DNA from: Candidatus Hodarchaeota archaeon
GTDB taxonomy: Archaea > Asgardarchaeota > Lokiarchaeia > Sigyniarchaeales > SOKP01
DNA: 64,000 nucleotides
Assembly: GCA_048886685.1 (NCBI GenBank)
Contig: JBHLKM010000019.1
Span: forward strand, 20,107-84,106
Direction of reading: 5' to 3'
Position 1 is the first letter of the stretch. Every line of letters starts with the position of its first letter. Below, piece after piece: positions 27,727-38,900 of the stretch. The notes under the pieces are model-generated. The model did no database searches. It was not told the DNA's origin and saw only the letters and a program-made list of their open reading frames with translations. The position numbers and the translations under genes were made by a program.

Positions 27727-28974
27727 CTATTGATATTTTTCAAGTAGATTTTCTAATTTTTCATTGGATGATACAATATCGTTGAATATTTGAATAAAAT
27801 ATTTAATTAATTCCCTTGGATTCCCTTTTGCTTCTTTAAAAATATACCTTAACACATTTTCATTTAAAGGAAAATAAGAATCTGAAAAATGCTTAAAATA
27901 TTCATTATAATTAACACTAGCAAAAAATAAATCTAAGTAATTCTTATAAAATTGAAATACATCCTCTTGTTGTAAACTTGACATTATTAAAGGTTCTTTA
28001 ACTGTGATTAAAAGCTTTCTATTTTTTTCTTCAATCCTCCTTTTAATATTTTCTAAATATTCAACTGATTTAAGGGTAATGATTATTCTTAAACCTCTAA
28101 TTTTTTGCAAATCAAGGATTTTATCTAAAACCTTCTCTGAACTGTAATTTTCAGGAGTTTGTTTGGTTCCAAACCAGCTTGGGTCAAAAACTTCTTCTAT
28201 TTCTTCAGTTTCTTCAATAGAATCGTAAACAGATCTCCTAAGTGAAATAATCCTTTCAAAATCATCAATAAATAATACGCTTTCTTTATTTAAGTTCTCA
28301 ATTAGTACCTTTAGCATCGTAAAAGCAATATTTCTTTTTCTTAAATCATGTTTCAGATTTAATCGTGAAAGGGCTCTAATATCCATCAAGTCACCGATTA
28401 ACCACCTCTCTGCTTCAATTTTCTTATAAGGATCACATTGATGGGCCGTTATTGCTGTTATCACCTCTTTTAAGGCTTCTTTATCTTCAAATTTTCGCAA
28501 CCATTTTTTATAGGCTTGATTTTTTACTTTTTCTATATCTGCTATTTGAAAAAAGCCAAATTTCCTTTCTCCTGCTTCCCATTCACTACATAATCGTTTT
28601 GTCATATTTCTTAAAGGTTCCACTCGTTCCTCAGGTTTTTCCCCAAGATTTTCAATGAATTCTGCGTAAGTATTATAATAAAATTTTTTATAGACAGTTT
28701 CAAGTGAGATATATACAATGTTATAATTGTATAATTCATGTTTTAAGGCCCAGTACAAGTGGGTTTTTCCTTGCCCTACTCCTCCTATTATTGGTAATAT
28801 AAAATTTTCATTATTTTTAATGATGTTAGCTATATTCTGTAAAAAACCTTGCCTTGATTGAACTAATCCCGCATCCTCCTTGATCTCCCCTGTAGATACA
28901 AATTTTTTGAAAGGAGACCCAATAAATTTCAATGTGTTCAGTAGCTTTTGTTCTTTATTTTCGAAAAGTAGCAT
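27727..28974 (-). CDS. P-loop/AAA+ ATPase of unknown function
   Basis: Walker A GGVGQGKT, Walker B VLFIDDFE, GNPRE sensor. Confidence 0.8.
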   Translation of the reverse strand: MLLFENKEQKLLNTLKFIGSPFKKFVSTGEIKEDAGLVQSRQGFLQNIANIIKNNENFILPIIGGVGQGKTHLYWALKHELYNYNIVYISLETVYKKFYYNTYAEFIENLGEKPEERVEPLRNMTKRLCSEWEAGERKFGFFQIADIEKVKNQAYKKWLRKFEDKEALKEVITAITAHQCDPYKKIEAERWLIGDLMDIRALSRLNLKHDLRKRNIAFTMLKVLIENLNKESVLFIDDFERIISLRRSVYDSIEETEEIEEVFDPSWFGTKQTPENYSSEKVLDKILDLQKIRGLRIIITLKSVEYLENIKRRIEEKNRKLLITVKEPLIMSSLQQEDVFQFYKNYLDLFFASVNYNEYFKHFSDSYFPLNENVLRYIFKEAKGNPRELIKYFIQIFNDIVSSNEKLENLLEKYQ

Positions 28975-28991
28975 TTTTATTACTCAAACAT

Positions 28992-29618
28992 TTATACTTT
29001 CAATTCTTCAATTCCCAAAATAATTATGTATAAAACATTTTTATCATCTACATTAACAAAGGTTTCATAGCTTACTTTTAGCTCATCTTTCTCATCTCTT
29101 CCTATAATAATACTGTCATAGAAAACAGGATCTCCCTTTTCGTTAATCACCACGCGATCTGCCATAATAATTCCATTTTCTATTAGAGAAACAGGATTTT
29201 TAAGAATCTCATCTTTAAAAAAATCGAGATGATTAATCTGGTATTCAGAATCATTCAAGTACAATCCAGCAGTATGTAGTAAATTTATCGTGAAGGGAAA
29301 ATCATCTGTAAACTGTTCTCTGTTATATTGTTCAATAGTATTTTCTGATATTAAAATAGAATAATCTAGTGGTAATTCATTTAAATTTTTCCAGATAATG
29401 TCAGATTTTTTTGAAAATGCAATAATCTTATCATTTTTCTCTTTAAATCCGACAATTAACCCCTGGTTTATTGAGATTTCGTTAGAATTTGAGATAACAA
29501 TATTGTCAGAAAAGATAATTTTATCTTCATATTTAGAGATGATTGATCCCGTAAATATTCCGTTTGAAATCGTATTATTTAATGAGTCATATAATACAAA
29601 ATCAGTCAAATTTTTCAT
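28992..29618 (-). CDS. Hypothetical protein
   Basis: 208 aa ORF co-oriented 17 nt upstream of the ATPase. Confidence 0.6.
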   Translation of the reverse strand: MKNLTDFVLYDSLNNTISNGIFTGSIISKYEDKIIFSDNIVISNSNEISINQGLIVGFKEKNDKIIAFSKKSDIIWKNLNELPLDYSILISENTIEQYNREQFTDDFPFTINLLHTAGLYLNDSEYQINHLDFFKDEILKNPVSLIENGIIMADRVVINEKGDPVFYDSIIIGRDEKDELKVSYETFVNVDDKNVLYIIILGIEELKV

Positions 29619-29755
29619 TGTAAGTTCTTATTCTTCAATTATATTAAGACTTATTTTATGAACTTTTCCATGTTATATCATTAATCTTATATAAAAATAT
29701 TTCCTATATATGTTTTGATAAGAATATCTTAAATAAACCAATAATTCTCTTTAAA

Positions 29756-31000
29756 ATGAGTTCCTCGGCTTTATATCAGAAAATTTCAGAGTTAACAAAG
29801 TCAGAATTATTAGAACGAGCGAGACAGTTTATTTTTTCTACAGGTCTAAATGACGGGGCATCTAAATTATGTAAAGAAAATATGCAGTATGGGCTTGCGT
29901 CATTTCACCTTATACAAGAGAAATATGGATTTGAACCTAAAGCGACATTCATTTCCTCACCAGATGAGACTATTTCAAGGAATAGATTTAGGTGGAATTC
30001 TGGGTTAGGTTACGGTGGCAGACTAAATTGGGGAAATAGTAAAGAAAAAATTATATTTTTAAACACAAAACCAAATTGTTGTGGAATTTTGGTGGGAGGT
30101 TTGGAGGAATTACCCGATCCTTATGAACTAATTAGAAAAATAGATCAAATTAAATCCACTGAATTATATCATAATGATGTATTGATAAACTGGGATTATG
30201 ACATCTCTAATCATTTCATCAATTGTTTCGAAACGAAAAATCTATCTGATACAACTCTGCCTTCTTACGTTTTTTTAATGCATGGGAGCGCTCCTGAGTA
30301 TAGAAATGTTGAGGGTGATATTGGTCTTTATATAGATAAATCAAAAGTACTGAAAGAGCTAGCAATTGAAGAAGAAACTAAATTTGGCAAACAGTATATC
30401 TTGCTAGACTCGGATGCTAAATCTTATCTTAAAGTTCATAAAAAAGCCTTGGAATTCTCTAATTCGAAAAGAGAATTAATAGCACATAGACTATTTGACT
30501 ATGGATATACAACAATATGCAACCAACCTCATCAATTTCTTAAAGATTACAATAATATGTATTTAGGGAGTAATTGTACAGATATCAATTGTAAACTTAT
30601 TAATTCAGATATTTTTCCTACAACATTGAGAGCTGATATTGCTGCATATTTGTTTAAAGGAAAAAAGAATTTATCTCTTACAACCCTAAAAAACAACGAT
30701 CTCTTAGAAAGAGCAGAACAATTTGAGGTTCTAGAATTATTAACTAATGCTTGTATTCTACCACACGGAGGAGGTTATAGTCTTACAGATATTGAAGACG
30801 TATTAGATATTTTGGAGTATAAGGATCAAAGATATTTTGTAACATCCCTAAAAACAAATATAAGCAGGTTAAAAATAATAAGAAACGTAGGTGAATTACA
30901 ATTTGAATATAGAGGGCGGGATATAATTCTAAAGACTCTCCAGTTAGACCTTGGAGATATAATTGCCCGTTTAAATCCTTTATTCTCACTTAAGTTATAA
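29756..31000 (+). CDS. Divergent RtcB-family RNA ligase-like protein
   Basis: Ordered PD..G.GYGG, NCCG, SNHF, MHGS, PHQ, PHGGG and C-terminal IARLNPLFSLK match RtcB metal and guanylylation motifs. Confidence 0.7.
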   Translation: MSSSALYQKISELTKSELLERARQFIFSTGLNDGASKLCKENMQYGLASFHLIQEKYGFEPKATFISSPDETISRNRFRWNSGLGYGGRLNWGNSKEKIIFLNTKPNCCGILVGGLEELPDPYELIRKIDQIKSTELYHNDVLINWDYDISNHFINCFETKNLSDTTLPSYVFLMHGSAPEYRNVEGDIGLYIDKSKVLKELAIEEETKFGKQYILLDSDAKSYLKVHKKALEFSNSKRELIAHRLFDYGYTTICNQPHQFLKDYNNMYLGSNCTDINCKLINSDIFPTTLRADIAAYLFKGKKNLSLTTLKNNDLLERAEQFEVLELLTNACILPHGGGYSLTDIEDVLDILEYKDQRYFVTSLKTNISRLKIIRNVGELQFEYRGRDIILKTLQLDLGDIIARLNPLFSLKL

Positions 31001-31001
31001 T

Positions 31002-33059
31002 TTACTTTACACTTGCCCCAGGAGGTATGTCTTTATCTGGAACTAATATAGAGACAGTATCTTCATAATCTGCGGCTAATAGCATTCCCTCACTTGTAAT
31101 CCCTCTCAATTTTCTTGGCTCTAAATTAGCCAAAATTATAATCTTCTTTCCTTCTAGTTCATTAGCTTTATAGTATTCAGCTAATCCTGCTACCAATGTT
31201 CTTTTTTCTGTTCCTAAGCTAACTGATAATTTATATAATTTATCTGCTTTAGGAACTTTTTCAACTTTTTCTACTAAAGCCACACGAATATCTAATTTTT
31301 GAAAATCATCATAGGAAATCAATTCTTTCTCACCTTCTTTTGGCTTTTCTTCTTTTAACTTTTGATATTCTTTTTTAATTTCCTCAATTTCTAGTTTTTG
31401 AAAGAGAGGTTCAGGTTTCTTAATTTTTTGTTTTGCTTTTATAGCATCATCACTAATGTTATCCCATGATAACTCACTTAATTTTGGGGCATTTAAATAA
31501 GATAAAATCTTTTCAGAAGTATCCGGAATAAATGGGCCTAATAAAATAGCTAAGGCGTAAACCGTTTGAGCACATATATTGAACACATGTCCAGCAGCAT
31601 TTTTATCTTTCTTAATTAAATGCCAAGGGGCTCTATCGTTTAAATAAATATTACCTTCTTTTCCAAAATTTACAATGTCTCTTATTGCTTTTCTTATCCT
31701 AAAGTTTTGCAGACTTTCTCTCACTTCTAGACCAATATTATTTATTCTATCTGTAAATTTCTTATCTATTTCGTTATATTCTACTTTTTCGGGGATACTG
31801 CTATTAAATTGTTTTTCAATAAATGTTAATGTACGATGGATAAAATTACCAATATTATCATTAAGTGTTTTTACGTTATTTTCAAATTCCGACCATAAAA
31901 ACGATGTATCACTTGTTTCTGGACGATTAAACAACAAGTTAAATCTCCAATAATCAAGGGGTGCTAGTTTTAGAGCTTCATCAATCCATATTCCAATTCC
32001 TCTAGATTTAGATAGTTTTTCATTTTCATACAATAACCATTCAGTTGAGGAGACATTATATGGTAACACAAGTTTTTCATTGTCTTTTTTATCTTCATTA
32101 TATGCGAGTAATAATCCTGGAAAAACGATTAAGTGAAATATAATATTATCTTTCCCGATAAAGTATACTGCTTTAGTATTCGGATCCTTCCAAAAAAAAT
32201 CAAATTTATCAGGTTTTTTAATTAACTTCTCTGCCCATTCTTTAACTGCAGTAATATATCCTAATACTGCCTCGAACCATACATAAATCGTCTTATCTTC
32301 AGCACCTTTGAAAGGAGCAGGAATTCCCCATTCAAGATCTCGTGTAATTGCGCGTTCTGGTAATCCCTCCTTAATACTATTTAAACACATGTTTCGAGCA
32401 TTAGAAGGAATTATTTCATTTTCATCAATCAATTTTTTCAATCGATCCTGTAATTTAGGTAAATCCAAATACCAATGTTTTGTTTTTCTAACTACAGGTG
32501 TGTTTTCACATATTGCACATCTAGGTTTTATCAATTCTAATGGAGTTAGAATTCTTTGGCAATTGTCACACTGATCTCCTCTGGCCCCTTCATCTTTGCA
32601 GTTAGGACAAGTCCCTTCTACAAATCTATCTGGCAAGAACAAGTTATCATTTTCACAATAGAGTGACTCAATCTGTTTTTCTTTTACATACCCATTTTTT
32701 TGAATATCCAAATACATCTTCCTTACATATTCAATATGAGTAGGATTATGAGTTATCGTATAATTATCAAATGAGATGTTCCATTTTTCATGTAAATCCT
32801 TTATAATTTTATGATATTTCATAGCTAATTCTTCAGCAGGAACATTCAATTTTTTCGCTTCTACAGAAATGGGTGTTCCGTGAGAATCTGATCCAGAAAC
32901 AAACACCACTTCTTCTCCTATCAGCCTCAAGAACCTTGCAAATACATCCGCTGATAATGTACTTCCTATTAAGTTACCTAAATGAGGCGTGGCATTCACA
33001 TAAGGCCATGCAGAGGTTACAATCCATTTTCCTTTAGGAATATTTGTTAAATTAATCAC
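31002..33059 (-). CDS. metG: Methionine--tRNA ligase with C-terminal tRNA-binding domain
   Basis: SAWPYVN..PHLGN, GSDSHG, Zn knuckle, YVWFEA, GKDNI.FH, KLSKS, OB-fold tail. Confidence 0.97.
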   Translation of the reverse strand: MINLTNIPKGKWIVTSAWPYVNATPHLGNLIGSTLSADVFARFLRLIGEEVVFVSGSDSHGTPISVEAKKLNVPAEELAMKYHKIIKDLHEKWNISFDNYTITHNPTHIEYVRKMYLDIQKNGYVKEKQIESLYCENDNLFLPDRFVEGTCPNCKDEGARGDQCDNCQRILTPLELIKPRCAICENTPVVRKTKHWYLDLPKLQDRLKKLIDENEIIPSNARNMCLNSIKEGLPERAITRDLEWGIPAPFKGAEDKTIYVWFEAVLGYITAVKEWAEKLIKKPDKFDFFWKDPNTKAVYFIGKDNIIFHLIVFPGLLLAYNEDKKDNEKLVLPYNVSSTEWLLYENEKLSKSRGIGIWIDEALKLAPLDYWRFNLLFNRPETSDTSFLWSEFENNVKTLNDNIGNFIHRTLTFIEKQFNSSIPEKVEYNEIDKKFTDRINNIGLEVRESLQNFRIRKAIRDIVNFGKEGNIYLNDRAPWHLIKKDKNAAGHVFNICAQTVYALAILLGPFIPDTSEKILSYLNAPKLSELSWDNISDDAIKAKQKIKKPEPLFQKLEIEEIKKEYQKLKEEKPKEGEKELISYDDFQKLDIRVALVEKVEKVPKADKLYKLSVSLGTEKRTLVAGLAEYYKANELEGKKIIILANLEPRKLRGITSEGMLLAADYEDTVSILVPDKDIPPGASVK

Positions 33060-33144
33060 CTATTTTCTCTCGTTTATATATAGAACGAATCGTAGCTTAA
33101 ATATTTTAAACTAAACGAGATATTTTTATCTTATTAATAAAAGA

Positions 33145-34326
33145 CTAGTTCACAACTATTCTTGCTCCGCAGTATCTACAAGCGTTAATTTCATTTTTCA
33201 TCTTTTCAAGGCATGGTTGATGATAATATGAACTACATTTATCACATTGATACACTTTATAATCTCCTAAGAAAATATTATGACAATACGAACATGATGC
33301 ATCAATTTGATCGATATCTTCATCAGAGATAGGTAACATCTTAGCTGTTTTTCCTTGTTCTTCTGCTAATATTTTTATTTTTTGAGGTTCTCCTTCTCTT
33401 TCTTTAGAAAATTTTAATGCTGATTTTGGTAATTCTAATAAAAAGAAACAAAATGGACATCGAAATACTGTTTCCTTATACTCAGTTTTTTTAGCCCACA
33501 TTGCAGCACATGATAAATGCATAGCCCTATCACATGAGGGGCAATATCTACCTTCGCTGTAAAATTCAGATCCAGTAACGGGAGCTATTACAGAATGACA
33601 AATATGACATTTTTCTTCTGTTCTATTTTTTCCACTCATTATTAACTTTATTTCTAAAACTGTTGGCCTTCTTAGTGGTAATGCAATTTCACTAATTAAC
33701 GGAGCCAAATTTTCTTTTTTCTCGGGAGAAAAATAATCAGAAGTCTCTCTCACATCTTTTTTTGAAGCAAAGACTAAAATTCCATCTAATAATTCTTTAG
33801 AATTATTAAAATGATTATATTCTCCTCTAGTTAATTGAGCAATTCTTTTTAGTGATAATTTTCCATGTTCTTCCACGCCCCCTAATTGGCATGCATCAAT
33901 ATAAACACCTAGACCTTTAGCTATATTCATTACTTTTTCCAAGCGAGTCGGATCAAATATTAATTTACCATCAGAAATTATGAGAATTCGAGGTGTTTTA
34001 CCTCCAATTTTACGCATCTCCTCAACTAAGGTCTGCAAAGCAAAAGAAAGCGCTTCATGAAGAATACCCTTACCAGAAATTTGAATTTTAGTTATTGATT
34101 GAATTAAGATCTCAGTATTAAATGTAAAATCAATTAGCCTCTTCTCTGTTTCTCCAAATGAAATTATAGAAATTCTGTCTTTCATATCAATTGACAATTT
34201 TGATTTAATGAATTTTTTCGCTGTCTGAAGCTCTACAGCTAATCTATTAGGTTTAAAATCCTTTCTTAGCATTGATCTTGACGCATCAAGCAATATAACA
34301 GTATCTTCAATCTTTATTTCAGGCAA
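33145..34326 (-). CDS. vWA domain (Rpn10/Ssl1-like) fused to two RING/PHD-like zinc fingers
   Basis: DASRSM...DFKPNRL; CHIC..CPSC...H..C..W..CPFC; CSYC..CDKC...H..C...CRYC. Confidence 0.8.
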   Translation of the reverse strand: MPEIKIEDTVILLDASRSMLRKDFKPNRLAVELQTAKKFIKSKLSIDMKDRISIISFGETEKRLIDFTFNTEILIQSITKIQISGKGILHEALSFALQTLVEEMRKIGGKTPRILIISDGKLIFDPTRLEKVMNIAKGLGVYIDACQLGGVEEHGKLSLKRIAQLTRGEYNHFNNSKELLDGILVFASKKDVRETSDYFSPEKKENLAPLISEIALPLRRPTVLEIKLIMSGKNRTEEKCHICHSVIAPVTGSEFYSEGRYCPSCDRAMHLSCAAMWAKKTEYKETVFRCPFCFFLLELPKSALKFSKEREGEPQKIKILAEEQGKTAKMLPISDEDIDQIDASCSYCHNIFLGDYKVYQCDKCSSYYHQPCLEKMKNEINACRYCGARIVVN

Positions 34327-34448
34327 AATATATTGCGAATTACCAAAAATTTTAGAAATTAAATAAATAATATTAGTTTAGTCTTATAAATTTCTTTTAT
34401 GCACAAATTAAGCCTATATATTGATTTAAAGCGAATTTTGATTAGTAT

Positions 34449-35801
34449 TCACTTTAGGAATTTATATGCAAATATTGAAAATACCTTTATTGAGTCTATA
34501 AAGTCTTGAATTTCTATAAACTCATCAATAGCATGAGCTGTTCCAGGCATTCCGGGACCAAATATTATTGTTGGTTGACAGTAATCTATATTACGATAAT
34601 GTTCCGCATCTGCACTGGCAGGTAGGAAGAAATAAATAGGCTGTTTTTTATATACCTCTTCTACGACATTATGAAAAATTTTTAGATCTTCTGAATCTCT
34701 CCAGCCCTTCCAATAAGAGGCTTCACCTTTTTTCAAAACTTCTATATACACGAAAATTTCTTCAGGTGATCCTGTTGGTTTATCTTTAACCTTATATCCT
34801 AAAGATGTGATTAATTTTTTCAATGATTCTAAGACCATTTCAGCTGTTTGACCAGGTAATAAACGAAAATCCATAACTGCTTCGCATAAATCAGGAATTA
34901 CATTCGACTTTATACCTCCATTGATCATGGTTAAATTTTTTGCAAATTGAGTATTAGCGGTTATAACATTCTGCAAAAGAGTCTGTTCTTTTAGTATTTT
35001 CTCAAATATCTCTTTACTAGGAAAGGCAACACTCACCAGCTCTTTTAATTCATTTATAGACATAGGAGGATCTATTTTTGGCATGAATTCCTCGAGTTTA
35101 TCTAGATTTTGTATTATTTCACTCATCATATAAATCGCATTCTTTCCTATAAATGGTACAGACGCATGACACGAAATTCCATTAGTAACAATTTTAATTT
35201 CAACACGTCCTTTTTCCCCAATAATTATACCTTTGGGCAATGGATTTAATCCTGTTGCCTCTCCTATCACTACAAAATTACATTTAATATCAATTAATTT
35301 ATTTTCAATAATCCAACTTGTACCAAGCCCGCCACCTGTTTCTTCATCTGCTACGGCATTTAAGATTAAGTTTCCAGATAATTTAATTCCTAATTTATGC
35401 AATATCTTTAAAGATATAACCATAGCAGCTAATCCCCCCTTCATATCACTAGCACCTCTACCAAAAATCTTTTTCCTTTTAATAGAAGCTGAAAGAGGGG
35501 GATATTTCCACTCTTCTTCAATTCCAGGGGGAACTACGTCCATATGACCGTTATAGATGAGATTTTTGCCTTTAAAATTATCATTCAACGTAGAAAAGAG
35601 GTTAGCTCGATTTTCTCCAAATGGAAAAATTTCACAATTTAAGTTTACATCTTTTAAATATTTCTCAATTATTAACGCTACGTTTTTTTCATTACCTGGA
35701 GGATTATATGATTCAGTCTGAATTAAATCTCTTAGAAATTCGACATATTCTTCTCTATTTTTTTCAATTTCATTAAATATTAATTCTTCACCCAAAATCA
35801 A
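34449..35801 (-). CDS. M20 family metallopeptidase/deacylase (ArgE/DapE-like)
   Basis: NGHMDVV, GRGASDMKGG, DEE, GE, HAS.P, AH.IDE. Confidence 0.92.
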   Translation of the reverse strand: MILGEELIFNEIEKNREEYVEFLRDLIQTESYNPPGNEKNVALIIEKYLKDVNLNCEIFPFGENRANLFSTLNDNFKGKNLIYNGHMDVVPPGIEEEWKYPPLSASIKRKKIFGRGASDMKGGLAAMVISLKILHKLGIKLSGNLILNAVADEETGGGLGTSWIIENKLIDIKCNFVVIGEATGLNPLPKGIIIGEKGRVEIKIVTNGISCHASVPFIGKNAIYMMSEIIQNLDKLEEFMPKIDPPMSINELKELVSVAFPSKEIFEKILKEQTLLQNVITANTQFAKNLTMINGGIKSNVIPDLCEAVMDFRLLPGQTAEMVLESLKKLITSLGYKVKDKPTGSPEEIFVYIEVLKKGEASYWKGWRDSEDLKIFHNVVEEVYKKQPIYFFLPASADAEHYRNIDYCQPTIIFGPGMPGTAHAIDEFIEIQDFIDSIKVFSIFAYKFLK

Positions 35802-35982
35802 TCCCTCTCGATTAATTCTTGCTGTTTTTATATAATAAAAATTTGATAGTTAAAAATATTTTGTCATATTGTTAATCTATCTGATAAAATTAAAATATTT
35901 AGGAAATTTTAATACTTTTAAATTATTTTATAATCAAAAGTTAGGTATTACGGTTATTTTCTTGATTCGACATAAAAAAGAA

Positions 35983-38900
35983 ATGAAAAGAGTAGTTATT
36001 GTTGTAATTTTCATTTCAATAGTTTTGATAAGTAATTTACAAATTATTCATCGTGATAATCTTATAAAAGAAAATATAACTGGTGATGATCAGTTAGGTG
36101 AATTACCAAATATAGCTGATCTCGCTATAGATGATTATATCACTGGTTTTGGTGTTGATCAAGATGTTAGAATATATGCTAATAATGAATCTGAAGGTCT
36201 CAATGATAATCAGGGATTTTTCAAAATACCTTCAATTACAGAGGATATGTACCTCACATATGGGGATTTTAACTTTGCATTTCAAAATAATTTTACAACT
36301 GAATATGTTCTTGAAGATGATGATGCACTTTATGCAGAAGATTTCATCTCTTTTGATTATGACAAAAGTATTTCAGGAATTACTTTCCATAACGGCAGTT
36401 TGTATGCTGGAACTCCAGATAATTGGAAAGATGGAGATATTGGGACTTGGGTTGAATATAATACTGATACAGGGGAGTCTGTTATAAATTTTACGATTAG
36501 GGCTAATTTCACAGGTACAGACTTTACTGATACAGGTATTAACGGTAATATCGATTTTAATCGATCTAATATCTTAGGTTTAATTTCATCTTTATTCTTC
36601 AGAGTTAATAACGATGTGAATTTAACAATAAGGATTAAAGATTTTTCGCAATCTACTTGGAAAGAGGTAATAACTAATCTCCGCGTTAACAGTAGTTCAA
36701 CAAGACGAGAACTCACAGAGCATTTCATCAATGAGAATTTAAATTTTATAGATCTAACAAGTACTTGTTATATCCAGTTTTTCTTTGAAAGCCTTGATCT
36801 AAATCCCTTTATCGCAAGATTATACGAATTTGATATGCAGTCTACTTATGCCTTCGATTTTCCTATAACAGAACAAAAGTATGTCGCATTAGAATTTGAC
36901 TTAAAAGGAAAAAACTCAACTGTTAATGGATTCTATGCATGGATAAGGACACTAAATCTCACTGAAGCAGCAAGTTCGCAGTTAAATATTACCTTATACC
37001 GATCAAACGCCACAGTGGTTCGTACGGATTTTAATTTAAGAAATGTAATGTTGGGCCCAGATTATAATGAACTGATCGACACCCAATTGTTTAACTATAC
37101 CGATGATAAATTATCATATTTTGAATTTAATATTGTCAACACTCAAGATTTAAACCTCTCAAACTATTTTATTGTTATAAAATCAACGAATCCTAAAGAA
37201 GTATACAGCTTGGTAACAATACCGTATTTTGATTATGGAGAAGCGGAGGGAAGAACTGAGCACCAATTAATTATTACAGAAGACAATGGTGTTAATTGGA
37301 AATTCTCTAAAAAGGTAGTAAAAACAGACTATGTCCCCACTGATTATGAAAACTCTAATTTAGATGCTAGTTCTTTTAAAATAAATGTTACAAGAGGTTT
37401 TATGCCCTCTGATTTCATTTTTAATGGTAACAAAACTTTAAGAATTCAAGATATACCAATAGATAATCAGGAAATTAGTTCTTATCCATATAATGAAAGT
37501 TCTTATTTAACATGGGGTTTAGGACGATGGAATAATAGCTTTCCTACTACAATCGAAGACACTCCTTCTAATGAATTCGAAGTTTACTTAAATTGGAATA
37601 AAAGCATTGTAGAGGGATTTAAATTTAACGTGAATTATTCTGTAAATGCATATTGGATTGATGGTGCTGTAGCATATTATAACGCAACTTATAATGAAAA
37701 TCCCGAATGGGAATTGAGTTTCAATTTTGATAAAACGAATCCTAATTTTAATAATTGGGATTTTCTTGAATTTTGGTATGTATATCCCAATTTTATGAGT
37801 GCTCATAATTTAACAAATCCAAATAATGAAGAATTTCTTTGGCTATTAGAAGAGGAATCAGTTGTTGCTGATAATCCAAGTAAATTAAAATTAGTAGTCA
37901 ATGAAACTTTTTCAAGTACTGAGGGGATATATGCACTTAATTTAACGAGTTATAATTTTATTAAGGAAATGCATAGTTATATCAATTATTATGGAAATCT
38001 TTGGGAAACAAATGGTTTTCTGTATGGAGATAATATTTCTATCAGTGTAGATATACAAGATCATAATTTTAATGCACCTCTTAACGGTGATGTGAATGCA
38101 ACTCTTTTTTATCCAAATGGCACCAGATTTCTCTCTGCGGATTTAACATCTTCAGTAGGAGTTATTGACAATTCGTTATTGTCCTATGATTTTAATAACA
38201 ACACTATCCTAGATGTAACAAAAGAACTTACTGAATTTGGAAAATATGAGATAGGGTTCTTTTGGTTTAATGGTTCTGCTTTAGGATGTAAAAAATTAAG
38301 GATATATATAGAAGCATACGATCTTGAATTATATAATTGTACTTATTTATCTGACTTAGGAACTAACCTTATTATTGGAGAATTAAATACTAAAGTTTAT
38401 CCAACCTATACAATATTAATTGCTTCAATCAATGAAACTACTGGTATTTCTACACCAAACTTTTATCCCATAAATAATTCAGACTTAGATCAAACATTTT
38501 CTTATGATTTAGGAGGACAAGAGTTATCCCTTTTAATGAAATCCTTTTTACAAAGTGAAGATATCTTAAATCCCAATGAAAAGGTCAATATTAAAACAAC
38601 CATTCAAAATACCCATCCTTTTATTCCCTTTGACGTTGCAGTTAATGTTAAATTAGTTTCATATGTAAATGATGATTGGATAATAGCTGAAAATACGTCA
38701 TCACCTGTTAATCTAAATTTTGCAGGAACGTCAGATGATACTTATCAATTCGATGTAGATCTTACAATTCCTAATTTGAATTTAGTAACGTATACTTGGG
38801 AGGGTGTTAATGCTCCAGTCAGACTAGGGGGTGCAAAAACAATAGTTACCTTATATATCGAAGATATTAAAGTCGGTTCATATGAGATTGCGGATTATTC

